A stretch of DNA of 64,000 bases from Octopus vulgaris (lineage: Eukaryota), in contig OX597821.1 in NCBI GenBank assembly GCA_951406725.2, positions 51,336,001 to 51,400,000 of the forward strand, written 5' to 3'. This document shows, piece after piece, positions 43,313 to 56,916 of this stretch. The notes beneath the pieces are model-generated. The model did no database searches. It was not told the origin of the DNA and worked only from the letters and a program-made list of their open reading frames with translations. Positions within the stretch are counted from its first letter, which is position 1. Each line of letters starts with the position of its first letter. The position numbers and the translations under genes were made by a program.

Positions 43313-44307
43313 TTTTTAGTTGACGTTATTTTATATTTTTATTCTATTTTTTTTATTTTACGTTTTTTTTTTGTTTAGGTGTATATATGCATATATTTAT
43401 GTATATCCACTCATATATAAGCGTATATGTGTGCGTGGGCATATGCATATTTAGGTGCATGCATATGCTCAATGAGACACGTAAGGGTCACTATGTAATC
43501 AATGTTTATCGTCCCGACGTCCTATTACTTTAATCTAAAATTTGCATTCAAATATGCATTTAAGTTCGATAAGTAAGTTTTACTAAATATGCATCGTAAA
43601 GGTTATTTTTCAAATTTTCATCCATCTTCCATCATCATCATATCAAATATGAATCTCTCACTAAACCAATAAGAATAATCCATAGATTTTATTTTTAGTC
43701 TATTTTATTTCATTTTATATTTTATTTCATGTTATTTATTTTATGTTCTACTGTATTTACTATCATTTTTATTTTATCTTAACTTTACCTTGATCTTAAT
43801 GTTAATTTATCTATTTATATATTTATCTGTTTTCAAATTATGATATATAGTATACGGTATATTCACAAACATATATAAAAAGTATTAATCAAATACACTT
43901 TCAATATTGAGCTTTTAACTTTTATGCTACTAACTTCCTTCAAAAGAAAAAATGATTGCCTAACATCCACGAGCTCTATATTAACCCTGAAGAAGTTGTA
44001 CCACCATATATGTAGAATATGGTAACTTTCTTAGCATTAAACCAAATGATTCGAAATTCCCGTCAACTGGATGTTAGGACTGAAATATATATGTTGGCTC
44101 CTTATTTTAATTTATTTTTTTAGCTTTCAACCTGTAAATCAATTTCTAGCTACGTTTTTTTAAAGAAAATTAATTTTTTGTAACAATCAAATAAATTGTA
44201 ACATACAATAAATAGATAAAGTGTAATATACCAATAGATACGTAGATATATAGATAGATAGAGGGACGGATGAATGGCTAGATCTATCTATATCTCTCTC
44301 GCTCTCG

Positions 44308-44352
<45 letters not shown>

Positions 44353-45089
44353 CGATAGTAGATAGGTAGATACATGGAAGATAGATAGATAAATAGATAT
44401 TACACGCTCATATATTTCTGTAAATGTACATTCGTTAAATCTGCTGTCAAAAAACTTAATGAAGAAACCACAACATTAAGATTATATATCTGTAATATAC
44501 GAAGATTTTATCATAATCGTTAATCATTATACTGTATAGTTTTAAAGACGAAAAAATGTACTAAACACATTCTAGTTATTATAATAGTTCTGCTATCAAT
44601 ATACATTGTCTAGCGTAAACAAATATCGTTTCATTTAGATATCTAATGAATCTTCACACTATGTGAGAGACTTTTATTGTTTTATTGCCTTTTATTCTGT
44701 TCTTCAATATCGTCCGTCATACAAATCATAGACACATAATTAATTGAGCTGATTTAAGGAAAGGTTAATAGACGCATTTAAATCTAGCAAAAATAATATT
44801 GTTAAATTTAATTACATGATAAACTCTTTGGAAATATATTGCAAATTACGTAAGCTTCATTTCAGGATGTATTGTAAAATCTAGTAAATATGTACTATAG
44901 ATTCAGAAATTTTCAGCTTATATAATTACACACACCTATACACACACCTACACACAGAGAAACAGAGACACAGACACAGACACACCCACACACCCCTAGA
45001 CATACAAACAAATACGCATCGCTCACATACACACACATATACTGCTTATATACGTGCACACGTGTCTGTACGATAAATTTACATATATA

Positions 45090-45490
45090 GGCGCAGGAGT
45101 GGCTGTGTGGTAAGTAGCTTGCTTACCAACCACATGGTTCCGGGTTCAGTCCCACTGCGTGGCATCTTGGGCAAGTGTCTTCTGCTATAGCCTCGGGCCG
45201 ACCAATGCCTCGTGAGTGGATTTGGTAGATGGAAACTGAAAGAAGCCTGTCGTATATATGTATATATATATGTGTGTGTATATGTTTGTGTGTCTGTGTT
45301 CGACCCCCTAGCATTGCTTGACAACAGATGCTGGTGTGTTTAGGTCCCCGTCACTTAGCGTCACAGAGACCGATAGAATAAGTACTGGGCTTACAAAGAA
45401 TAAGTCCCGGGGTCGATTTGCTCGACTAAAGGCGGTGCTCCAGCATGGTCGCAGTCAAATGACTGAAACTAGTAAAAGAGTAAAAGAGTA
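45090..45490 (+). mobile_element. SINE family B, full length
   Basis: Head ggcgcaggagtggctgtgtggtaag through tail gtaaaagagtaaaagagt. Confidence 0.93.
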
Positions 45491-45785
45491 ATAGAGGCAC
45501 TCGTATATTTGACAAAAGAATGGGTGTATTATTCAAATACACAGTATTATAGATCAATTACAATCGATCTTATCAATCGTTTTTACATCAGATATTAGAT
45601 AACTGGACGGTTAGTTAATACCCGTGCTCTTCAGAGCAATATACTGTCGAACGCTATTCTGTTGAACACCATTTTGTTGAAATCATTTTGAAGAATACAA
45701 TTCTATATTTAAGAGGTGAGGAATTATGTACATTATTTACATTATTTACATTTGATGGATATTTGTCCTCATCTTCTTTGTTGTT

Positions 45786-45831
45786 AACACGACGTTTCGG
45801 CTGATATACCTTCCAGCCTTCTTCAGATGTC
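45786..45831 (-). ncRNA. Type I hammerhead ribozyme
   Basis: gacau CUGAAGA a ggcug-gaagguauau-cagcc GAAAC GUC guguu. Confidence 0.8.
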
Positions 45832-45919
45832 TTGGGGAAATTTCGAACCTGGGTTCTCATTCTCTAAGGTATTTTTCGATGTTGTTAATATTATTATTCA
45901 GGTCACTTCCTGGAATCGA

Positions 45920-46000
<81 letters not shown>

Positions 46001-46177
46001 TACAACAACAACAACAACAATAATAATAATAATAATTACAACAACAACAACAATAATAATAATAATAATAATTACAACAACAACAACAACAACAACAATA
46101 ATAATAATAATAATAATTACAACAACAACATAAAAAAAACCTTACGAATGAGAACACAGGTTCGAAATTTCCCCCAA

Positions 46178-46223
46178 GACACCTGATGAAGGCTGGATTG
46201 TATATCAGCTGAAACGCTGTGTT
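46178..46223 (+). ncRNA. Type I hammerhead, triplet mutated to GCU
   Basis: gacac CUGAUGA a ggcug-gauuguauau-cagcu GAAAC GCU guguu. Confidence 0.65.
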
Positions 46224-47504
46224 GACAACAAAAAGATGAGGGCAAATATCCGTCACATGTAAATAACGTAAATAATGCATTTTGAAGAATATTTTCTTAA
46301 AAGATAGTACAGAAACATAAGGTTATGTAGTGTGACAAGAAAATGGCAACATCACTGTTAGAATTTCTCTGAACTTATATATATTTTTAATAATGTTAAG
46401 CCACGATCAAAGAACAACAATAACAGCATCAGTATATATATATCCGTCATAATTGCCATGAGTAAAGTAGAGTCTGATTCTTAATGTCATTAATGATTGG
46501 TTTTAATCGAGCAGTGATTTAGACATGGGATACAAACTGCTAATGGAAATTGTTCTACCAAACTACTTCTAGTCCCATTACTTAGCGCCAACTTCTTACC
46601 AGGAATTTCGTATCTCTCAAGTTGAAGACATCTCGAACTGTATCAAATTTCTTTTGGATTGAACACTAAACATCAGACTTCATGCGTTAAAGCAGCAGTG
46701 CATCGCTTTATTGACATATACTACAGTTATTTAGAGTTATTTGGAATGGACAAGTATCGTAGCTGTTACTACAATATAACTACATAATATCTAAAAATCG
46801 AGATGACCATGCCTCTGTTTTTGGCCATATCAATTTATCCACCTGTAACTACAACAGCAGAAATAAGAGAAAATACGAGGCGTTCATGGCGATATCTAAC
46901 ATCTCAACTCTTGCCTGTTTTCAAATACGATGAGATAATAAAGTAACATTAACGAAACGATATGCAAGTTTTGCTTTTTAAAAAATCATATTACAAAAAA
47001 TCGAAACCAAATTTATCAAATTGTTATGAGAGAGTTAATAATATCAAAAAAATAATAAAGTGAATTCAAAATTTACTTTATATTTTTCCACCAATTTTAT
47101 TTTTATTTATAAAATTGTATTTTCACAACCGTCCAATGTTGTCCCTCACAATGTTTCTCTAATTATCATTTTTGTTAATTTAAATTTCTTGTTTGAAATT
47201 CAAATTCTTCTTTTTTCATATTATATTAACCTGAGCATTTCTATACTGATTTATTCTGTTATTTTAATTTTACGAGATAAAATAGCCAAGGTCTGCTAAC
47301 TGATTGATAGTAGTGTTAAAATTAAATCGGAATTTTTTTAAATTAAAGTTACTCGTTATTTTGTTTTCTTTGCTGTAATCAAGAAATATTTTTTCAAAGT
47401 ATCTGGCGTGATATTCAGCTTCACTTTTAATACTAGGCGACACCAAATAATGATTGAACAATTTCGTTTATTGTATGTTTTCATTCCATTAGTTTTATTA
47501 CTGC

Positions 47505-47527
47505 TGTTGGTACTGCTGCCGCTACTG

Positions 47528-47610
<83 letters not shown>

Positions 47611-47631
47611 ACTACTACTACTACTACTACA

Positions 47632-47685
<54 letters not shown>
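47505..47685. repeat. (CTA)n/(CTG)n/(TTA)n compound microsatellite
   Basis: Direct reading; explains the poly-Leu ORF. Confidence 0.96.
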
Positions 47686-47687
47686 TC

Positions 47688-47827
47688 ACTGGTACTTAAT
47701 TTATCAACCCGGAAAAGATGAAACTCAAAGTAGACATCGGTGGAATTTCAACTAAGAAAGTAAGTGCGGACGAAATACCGCTTAGCATTTTGCCGGCGTG
47801 CTAATGATTCTGCCAACGCACCGCATT
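47688..47827 (-). mobile_element. SINE family A, 5' two-thirds
   Basis: actggtacttaattttatc..gcgtgctaatgattctgcca. Confidence 0.8.
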
Positions 47828-47829
47828 AA

Positions 47830-48720
47830 TAAGCTCCACTGTGAAACCAACAAATTAAAAGTCCATGAAGCATCGTGGAGGTAGCTCAACAAGGGTGACC
47901 TAAAGAAAAATACTGAAAGCCTAATTATCGCGGCCCAGGACCAGGCATTGAATACCTACTCAGCGAAAAAGAATATATACCCTCAAGTGAATCGAACCTC
48001 TGCAGAATGTGTGGGAAGAAAGTCGAAAGTGTGACACATATTGTTAGTGATTGTAAAAGTCTTGCGCAGCAAGCGTACAAGCGTAGACACGACTAAGTAG
48101 CAAAAAACATCCACGGGATACTATGCCGTAAGTATGGATATGTGGTTACGAGTGCTTGGTACCAACACACACTGGAGAAGGTGATAGACGAAAGGGAGAA
48201 GGCAGAAATCTTCTGGGACTTTGCTTTTCAGACAAACAAGGTATTAGAGCAGCGAAGGCCTGATATATTAACCTTTAGGAGAGACAAACAAGAGTGCCTA
48301 ATATTCGACGTAGCAGTGCCAGGAGATCAACATATCATCATGAAGGAAAGAGAAAAAGTTGATAACTATGGAGAGCTGAGAACTGAGCTTCGCTAAGATG
48401 TGGCAGCTACGAGATTCAAATATAAAGGTTATCCCTATTGTCATCGGAGTATTGGGTTCATTGGCACCCAATCTGAAAAAAAATCTGGAATCCATAGAGA
48501 TATAGTACAATCTAGAAATATTGCAAAAGTCAGTATTAATTGGATCTGCCCGCTTATTCCGTAAAGTATTGTCTGTCCGAGGTCCTTGTTGTGACTAGAC
48601 AAACAGTACAAACCCTCGGTAGACACAATATCTTCAGTGAACAAGGTCACAACATAGTATACTATGCGATGTCTATAATAATAATAATAATAATAATATT
48701 AATAATAATAATAATAATAA
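47830..48720 (+). mobile_element. 5'-truncated R4/Dong-clade non-LTR retrotransposon (CCHC knuckle and REL endonuclease) ending in (AAT)n
   Basis: TESLIIAAQDQAL..CRMCGKKVESVTHIVSDC..YKRRHD..IFWDF..RRPDI..LIFDVAVP..EREKVDNY..VIPIVIGVLG..LQKSVLIGSARLFRKVL, with stops and frameshifts; short 3'UTR then TAA repeats. Confidence 0.92.
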
Positions 48721-48852
48721 CAACAATAACAATAATGATGATGACTATCATCATAAAAAATAATAAAGTTAACGCTTTCTTTATTAATAAGTAGTATTAA
48801 CTAAAAGATTGTGGCCCTACAGTGAGAGATTCTATGTAAAAAAAGACGCTCC

Positions 48853-48855
<3 letters not shown>

Positions 48856-48917
<62 letters not shown>
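48856..48917. repeat. (GA)n microsatellite
   Basis: Direct reading. Confidence 0.97.
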
Positions 48918-48918
<1 letters not shown>

Positions 48919-49079
48919 TCTGTGGTCTGCGGGTGCAACTTTCAACTAAGTAACGGTAGGTTTGACCTCTAAGCAATGTGTCATCTTCCATCTGTCCTCC
49001 AATCTACAGATGCACACTCACTGCAGTTATGTTGACTCCGACCATGCTCATCACTCTCACTCACCTCGATTTCAAAAGC

Positions 49080-49300
49080 GGCCGACGTCAACTTTCGGGG
49101 TCGGTAAAATATGTACCGCTGAAGTAATGGACCCGGTGTAATCAACTAGTCCTCAACCCTCAAATTTGAAACCATAATGCATCGAGCTAGTAGAATCGTT
49201 AGCGCGTTCAACAAAGTGCTTTGCAGCATTTCTTCCGATTCTTAGCCATCAGAGTTCGAATCCCACCAAAGTCAGCCTTGTTTTTCGTCTTTTTGGATAT
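49080..49300 (+). mobile_element. SINE family A, a 3' half followed by a 5' half
   Basis: ctttcggggtcggtaaaatatgtacc..aaatttgaaaccat, then cgagctagtagaatcgttagcgcg. Confidence 0.75.
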
Positions 49301-49739
49301 AATTACATTGATTTAAGAAAATACACCTTGAAGTGTCCAATGGAACACGCCTCAATGTTTTGAAGTGTAACCGGGTTCTTAAATGGAGGACACATGGGAA
49401 TCATACATTTAAAATATAACACAGATGTGTAAGGAATAAACACGTTAAGAACTACATCAAAATATTTTATGTTCACAGATGTGGTGTGAAAATTTCCACA
49501 TGTATATTGTACTTATTCTGATATGTGTCTATCTCTGTAGGTACCTTACCAATACGCAACGAATATTATTTTCTTCACATTGAAGGTTGTGAAGGATTCC
49601 ATTTGTAAAAATCACAGTTAAGGCTCTTAGTATTTTAAATTCAATTTTAAGTCCTTACCTTTGCAGCTCACTTTTTGCCATCACTGCAGTTATTTAGCAC
49701 TGCTAGTTCGATAATTCGATAATTATTGTTTTCGTTTTG

Positions 49740-51540
49740 GACAATGATGTTTGTTATGTTACATGCCGATCTGTCAGTATACTAAATTTCCATAGTATTA
49801 ACAGATTTTCATTTTCTAAGAGATGTGGAGTTTCAGGATTATTAGAAATCTTCTAGAAGCTGTTGAGGTTTTATAGGGCAGGGCTGTATTGCTATATTAC
49901 TGGTTGTTAATTTTGCTGAATATATTTTCATAAAGTATGTTTTGTCTGAATTGTATTACTGTATGAGGTTGTTATCTGCGTGTTCTGTATCAAGAGTGTG
50001 TACTATTTGATTGTGCAGACACGTGCAACACCTTGAGCATTTTGCATAAATGTGTGGTGTAAATAACAGAGTAGTATTTTGGACAGTGCGAAATATGAGC
50101 CGTGGTAGGGCTGCTTCGTTATTCTGCAGTTATGTGCTTCAGTTAAAACTGGCTTTGCTTATACTTTCACATTCATGACGCACTGTTGTTTTAGATAGAA
50201 ACAACAATGGCAATGTTTTAGATAGAAGAGGGTCGAGATATTGATTAGGGTATAATAAGTTCGGTTTCTTTCATTTATTATATCTGAATAATTCGAAAGG
50301 ATCTATTTGGTAGTCTCAACAAGTATGTTTCAAATGATTGTCATCAAGACCATGTCATCAACTGTATCTGATTGCTTGTTCGAAGTATCGACGTATTATC
50401 CAGCTGACAGAGTTATCGACTGAAAAGCTAAATGTTTTGCGGTCAGCTGTTTCATTGTATTGATTGCATAGTCTGTATTTGTTACAATCTTTTTCATCAT
50501 TTTTTAGTTTTGTATTGGTCCGTTGCAGCTAAAATTAGACCGATTGTTTCTGCTTTTAGCTTTTTCAGCTTTCTTAGCTTTCACTCTTTCTTATATTCTC
50601 TACAGAACAGTCTTACAGAGTATTGACCAAGTAATGATATTTCTATCCGTTTTTTCTTGGGAGTATTTTGGAATGCTGTATTGATTTTTACTTTTGTTTA
50701 CATTTAAAACTTTCTGTTGTTCTATCTTTATGTAATTTCTTCCTCAGTGTAATTAGTTTCTAGTTTGAACTTAATTGCTTCCCTGTAAAGACAAACTCTG
50801 TTTTATTTCTGTTTATTTTTTACGCTAATCAGTTTCTCTTTGTTTGATTCTAAGGACGTTTATACTTCGATTGTATTATATTATAGTGGTTTTCTATGTG
50901 TATCAGAAGATCTCTTTCTTGCAGTATATTCCCTCTATATCCGCTTTGCCTTGGGAGTTATCGAACGCTGTTAAAATTTTTCTGTTTTTATGATCGACTA
51001 ATTCAATTTATTTGACTTTTATCTATTATGTTAAATGTGTACTTTATAACTAGAATGGTTTGTTTCTTTGTATATAACTTATTTCTTTTAACAACCGCTG
51101 TTTTAATATAAGTTTGACTCTTTTCTAATTTTATCATTTATTCATGTGCTTTGTAAGTTACCAGATAATTTATATGGGCTGTTTTGGTGTAACGCCCTAA
51201 TTTCGTTTTCTGAGTCTGATTTAATATCTTCATTTCAGTAAATGAGGATATCAAAGTATCTGTAGCATTGGGGTTTGTAACTAACTACTTTAGTGTGCTA
51301 ATTTGAGAAGCTTTTGAAAACCAGAAAGAGAATCAGAGATGGAAACCAGAATGGAAACAAGCGTAGTATCGGCAGATTTTGCATTAGCTCAGCATGATAT
51401 TTACTTTACATTTCTCTTTAACATTACGTTAAAATCTGCTGAATGCTAAATTCCTACTTCAACGCTCACATTCTTTTGATCAAGTTAGATAGTCCCTTTT
51501 AAATATAATTTAGAGACGTTTTCATAGAAACATTACTTCA
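49740..51540 (-). pseudogene. Heavily degraded Penelope-like RT plus GIY-YIG coding remnant
   Basis: Minus-strand motifs in the expected order: KPQCYRYFDILIY* (decayed YxDD, ~51230-51280), RNIITW..CKTV, NFSC, HNCR..HG..C..SVIYT, A.PYK, ENLL..RH..K; many stops. Confidence 0.65.
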
Positions 51541-51814
51541 ATATTCTTTTATATTAAGTGTGATAATGCCCCCACCCTTACTGTATATTCTTGTAGTCTA
51601 ATCTCCAGATGTATCGTAATGTGAGTTAACAAATACATCATGCCTCAAGTAAATAAAGCTTTAATGGCATTTTCGAATTTTTGTGGGTGCCAGCTTAGGT
51701 GTTAATTCCACAATTTCCATCGGCTGTTACAACTATGTCTTTTACCTACATTGTTTTCCCTATCTGTGCATAAGTTATTTCGTTATTTTTTATACCTCGA
51801 TTACAAAAGTATAT

Positions 51815-51890
51815 AATACTAGAGTTGATAATGTGCATTTGCACGTTGTGCCAGATTCCTGCTTCATTAAGTACACTGGCTCCAATAATT
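51815..51890 (+). repeat. Left arm of a ~76-bp inverted repeat (partner 53806-53881)
   Basis: gataatgtgcatttgcacgttgtgccagattcctgcttcattaagtacactggctccaataatt matches the reverse complement of 53806-53881 with a handful of mismatches. Confidence 0.9.
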
Positions 51891-52258
51891 CAAATTGAGC
51901 GCGAATTTAGCATTTGTTTGCCCCAAATAGATTAAATATGTCATCTCGGTCAGCATTTCAAGACAGTCTATCAATAAACGGGAAACCTTTCATCTGATAT
52001 CCTGCTGCTGTAGAACTGTGCATGTATTCTTGGTCATCATTCAGTAAATTCTTTGTGAGGAATTCTTTGCCAACTCTCATGATGTTATTTTTATCATGTA
52101 TGCAGACTAATCTTTGGATAAACCTTGACGTTTGATGAAAAGTAGGTGGTGAAGTGTTATAATACATTTGAACTTTTTCTATGTTTAAAACATTTGAACT
52201 GTTTCTATGTTGACATGTGCTATATATATGTATATAATGTACATGTCTACAATATATA

Positions 52259-52856
52259 GGCGTGGGTGTGTGGCAAGCTGGCAGAAACGTTAGCGTGCCG
52301 GGCGAAATGCTTAGCGGTATTTCGTCTGCCGCTACGTTCTGAGTTCAAATTCCGCCGAGGTCGACTTTGCCTTTCATCCTTTCGGGATCGATTAAATAAG
52401 TACCAGTTACGCACTGGGGTCGATATAATCGACTTAATCCGTTTGTCTGCCCTTGTTTGTCCTCTTTGAGTTTAGCCCCTTGTGGGTAGTAAAGAAATAG
52501 GTATTTCGTCTGACGTTACGTTCTGAGTTCAAATTCCGCCGAGGTCGACTTTGCTTTCATCCTCGATAAATTAAGTATCAGTTCCGCACTGGAGTTGATG
52601 TAATCGACATTTTTCTGTCCTTGTTTGTCCTCTCTATGTTTAGCCCCTTGTGGGCAATAAAGAAATAAGCAGCTTACTTCTCAACCGCATGATTCCGGAT
52701 CCCATCCCACTCCGTGGCACCTCGAGCAAGTTAATTCTACTATAGCCACGAGCCGACCAGAGCTTACTGGGTGGATTTGGTAGACGGAAACTGCAAGAAG
52801 TGCGACACATATATATGTGTGTGCGTGTGTGTGTCTATATGTGTGTGTGTATTTAT

Positions 52857-52889
<33 letters not shown>

Positions 52890-53135
52890 CATATAAATAT
52901 GCATATATGTGTGTATGCGCGCGCGTGTGTGCGTGTGTGCCTATTTATCCACCACTACCGCTCTAAAACAGGTCGCGGGTGTTTACATCCCCGTACCGTA
53001 GCGGTCGGCAACTGTCCGATAGAATAAGTGAAAAGCTTAAAAATTTAAAATATTGAGGTCGATTCATTCGACTAAAATTTCTTTAAGCCGCTGCCCCATG
53101 TTGGCCGCAGACTAATGACTGAAACAAGTGAATGA
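52259..53135 (+). mobile_element. SINE family B interrupted in its head by a SINE family A copy that has an internal tandem duplication
   Basis: B head taggcgtgggtgtgtgg; A copy 52270-52668 with 52317-52499 repeated at 52500-52668; B resumes aagcagcttacttctcaaccgcatg..gactgaaacaagt. Confidence 0.85.
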
Positions 53136-53172
53136 TAAAACATAATAGATATAGGACATGGATTTGTGTGTG

Positions 53173-53257
<85 letters not shown>

Positions 53258-53805
53258 TGTGTGTGTATGTGTTTGCGTGTGTAAAACATCTTTCTGCAGA
53301 TAGTGAGTTTGCATAACATAAGTGCACGCAAATGCATAAACATGCTCGTGTGTATATGTATGTATATCTATCTGTGTGCATACATGTGCAAGTGTTTTAT
53401 TAACAATTCTTCATCTGTGTAAGCAGGAATGAGGAATTCTCATTGCATTTATTCTATCATATTTCTATTTATTGATTCTGAATTAATTATTTCCCTTTAT
53501 TTTACGTATTTTAAATCCGACGCACACATGAGAGCGCGTACACGCACAAATACACACAGACACACACAAGCACACACACATATATCTTGTCTTCATTATA
53601 AAACTATGATGACATTTTAAATGGTAATTAATGAAACAAAATATTTAATTAACTTCCAGAGAAAATTGGTGAAATTAACCAAGAAATATCATTTGATTAA
53701 GAACAGAGAAAGAAAAAAACTACAAGGGAAAAATCCAAAAATGAAATACCAATAATTTTTCAGAGACAGTTCAAAGGATTTTTTAAAATACATATTCTGC
53801 TTAAT

Positions 53806-53881
53806 AATTATTGGAGCCAGTGTAATTAATGAAGGAAGAATCTGGCACAACGTGCAAATGCCCATTATCGACTGCAGTATT
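53806..53881 (-). repeat. Right arm of the ~76-bp inverted repeat
   Basis: See 51815-51890. Confidence 0.9.
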
Positions 53882-54689
53882 CAGATTGCTCCACCATCAT
53901 TCTTAATGAAGCTCAAATATTATTGTCCCAATCTATGATATAATGATATCCAAGCAAGGTCCTGATCTTTTGACTTCATTAGTTTAACATGCCTATCGTC
54001 TCCTCTGTTTTGCTTTGTACTAATTATCTCTGAAACAGTCAGCAGTTTGTATTATTATACGGGATATAATTATCTCAATCAATCAGGACAATTCCTGACC
54101 CATCATTCGACATTTATTTTAAATTTTCCAACATTACTAGCTAATTTAATTAAACTAGAAACTTTATCAGTGTGAATCACACAAATATATCCCCTTTTCA
54201 CAAGGCAACCCTTGTAACTTTGTATCCTCTGGCAGCACAGATATTTTATTACGTATTACAGCGTAAAGGAAACGTACCGAATACCATCGTTGCAAAATAA
54301 GTTTTATATGAAGGAAACTTAAAGTAGAACAGCTTAAACATCAACAACAATAAAACGTCCACAAGGTCACTCCATGCCCAAGGAGAAGGAGATAGAACTC
54401 CACCAAATTTAATGAAGGACGATACGGTGGATAGTGATATCACTGATGTATAGAGTGGTTATGATTTTAACCTGCTTGATCATACATTTATGAATTACTA
54501 AGTACTAGGGGTTAAACGTCAACGTCAAACATATCAGTCATGATTAAACACTCGACGTTACACTTATGCATTTATATACATACACACGCACGGACTTTGA
54601 CACACCTACACACTCACAAATACACAAGCTCGCGAGCAAAAACACACATAGACCCACACATACAGGAAGCGTCAAATGGTTAAGAACAT

Positions 54690-54786
54690 AGCATATTATA
54701 AGAAAAAAAGCTATTTTTTAACAAAGCATATTATAAGAAAAAAAAGTTATTTTTTAACAAAGCATATGATAAGAAAAAAGTTATTT
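54690..54786. repeat. ~35-bp tandem repeat, about 2.7 units
   Basis: agcatattataagaaaaaaag.tattttttaacaa repeated. Confidence 0.9.
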
Positions 54787-55871
54787 CTTTGTACCCCGTT
54801 CTTTATCATTTTCCCATAAGAACAGTACAGAGGAATATCGTAAACTTCCTGGATCCCTAAATATTACTCCGCAAAACTGCGAAAATATATTTATTCCTAG
54901 ATCGGAAAAAAACTTTCCATATAGAAATCGACGGAAACAAAATTACAGGGTAGTACTACATTGAAACTGTTGAAATATGGGAAACATAGAGAATCAATTT
55001 AGCGATTTCAAAGAGAAAGGCAAAATTCTAATGATCTTTGGTGTCCAATATTACTTTGTATCGGAATAATATTAAAACGGCGGATGTAATCGATCTTGCA
55101 GTTTAAATCCAAAACTTGACCTTAGTGTATGGACTCCAATCATCTAAGAAGAACTACACCGCTAATTAGATTTTCAGCCCCTACAGTGTTAGCGTATGAG
55201 TTCCTTACCTTAGTAAGCTATAATAAAATAAGATGAAAGTTATAACTCTGCAACTTAATTTCTTTTTTCAGTTCTAGTTAAAGCAGCAAATGAGTCAGAA
55301 ATATAGTTAACTAGCATGAAGTGTATAGCAATATATGTTACTATTTAAGAGAGTACAGAGCAATTTGAGGGAGGGTGGCTTGTACCTCGCCGAGCACAGA
55401 ATATCGTCTTTTCATTTTATTCATATAACTCGCATTTGATAAGTCCACTGGCGTCTATGTATATTATGTAATGTGAATGTATATGCATGAGTGCACGTGT
55501 GTATTTCTTCTATAATATGTGGTTGCGACAGGAATATTTAGTAAAAGTCCTTCTACGGGAATATTGTACGTGACGGTTTTTTCTGTCGATGCCCATAACT
55601 CTTTAAGATGCAGTATCCAAAGTAAGAAGAAATAACAACAACGTATTGGTTATCATCCAATAAGATACACACACACACACACAAACACGCGCGCGCGCGT
55701 ACTTATGTATACGTTTACGAATTTGTGTTGCAAGATTCCTGATCTGAAACCGTGTGTTGAAACAGATATTGTTGTATTTCGAGAAGGTCATTTGTTTTAA
55801 CCAAATAAACGTACGCACTATATGTTCATTCTTCACTCGTTTATTACCCTTCTTATTTCAACTCACGTATA

Positions 55872-56916
<1,045 letters not shown>

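Larger units (their letters stand above)
45698..46277. mobile_element. Fold-back non-autonomous Penelope-type element: two inverted HHR-bearing arms, (AAT/AAC)n spacer, 14-bp TSD
   Basis: Arms 45730-45886 and 46122-46277 are imperfect reverse complements; cattttgaagaata occurs at 45684-45697 and 46278-46291. Confidence 0.85.

Noticed and set aside
53810-53890. Ankyrin-like peptide LNTAVDNGHLHVV on the minus strand
   Set aside because: Too short, bounded by stops, no neighbouring repeats or splice sites; probably chance
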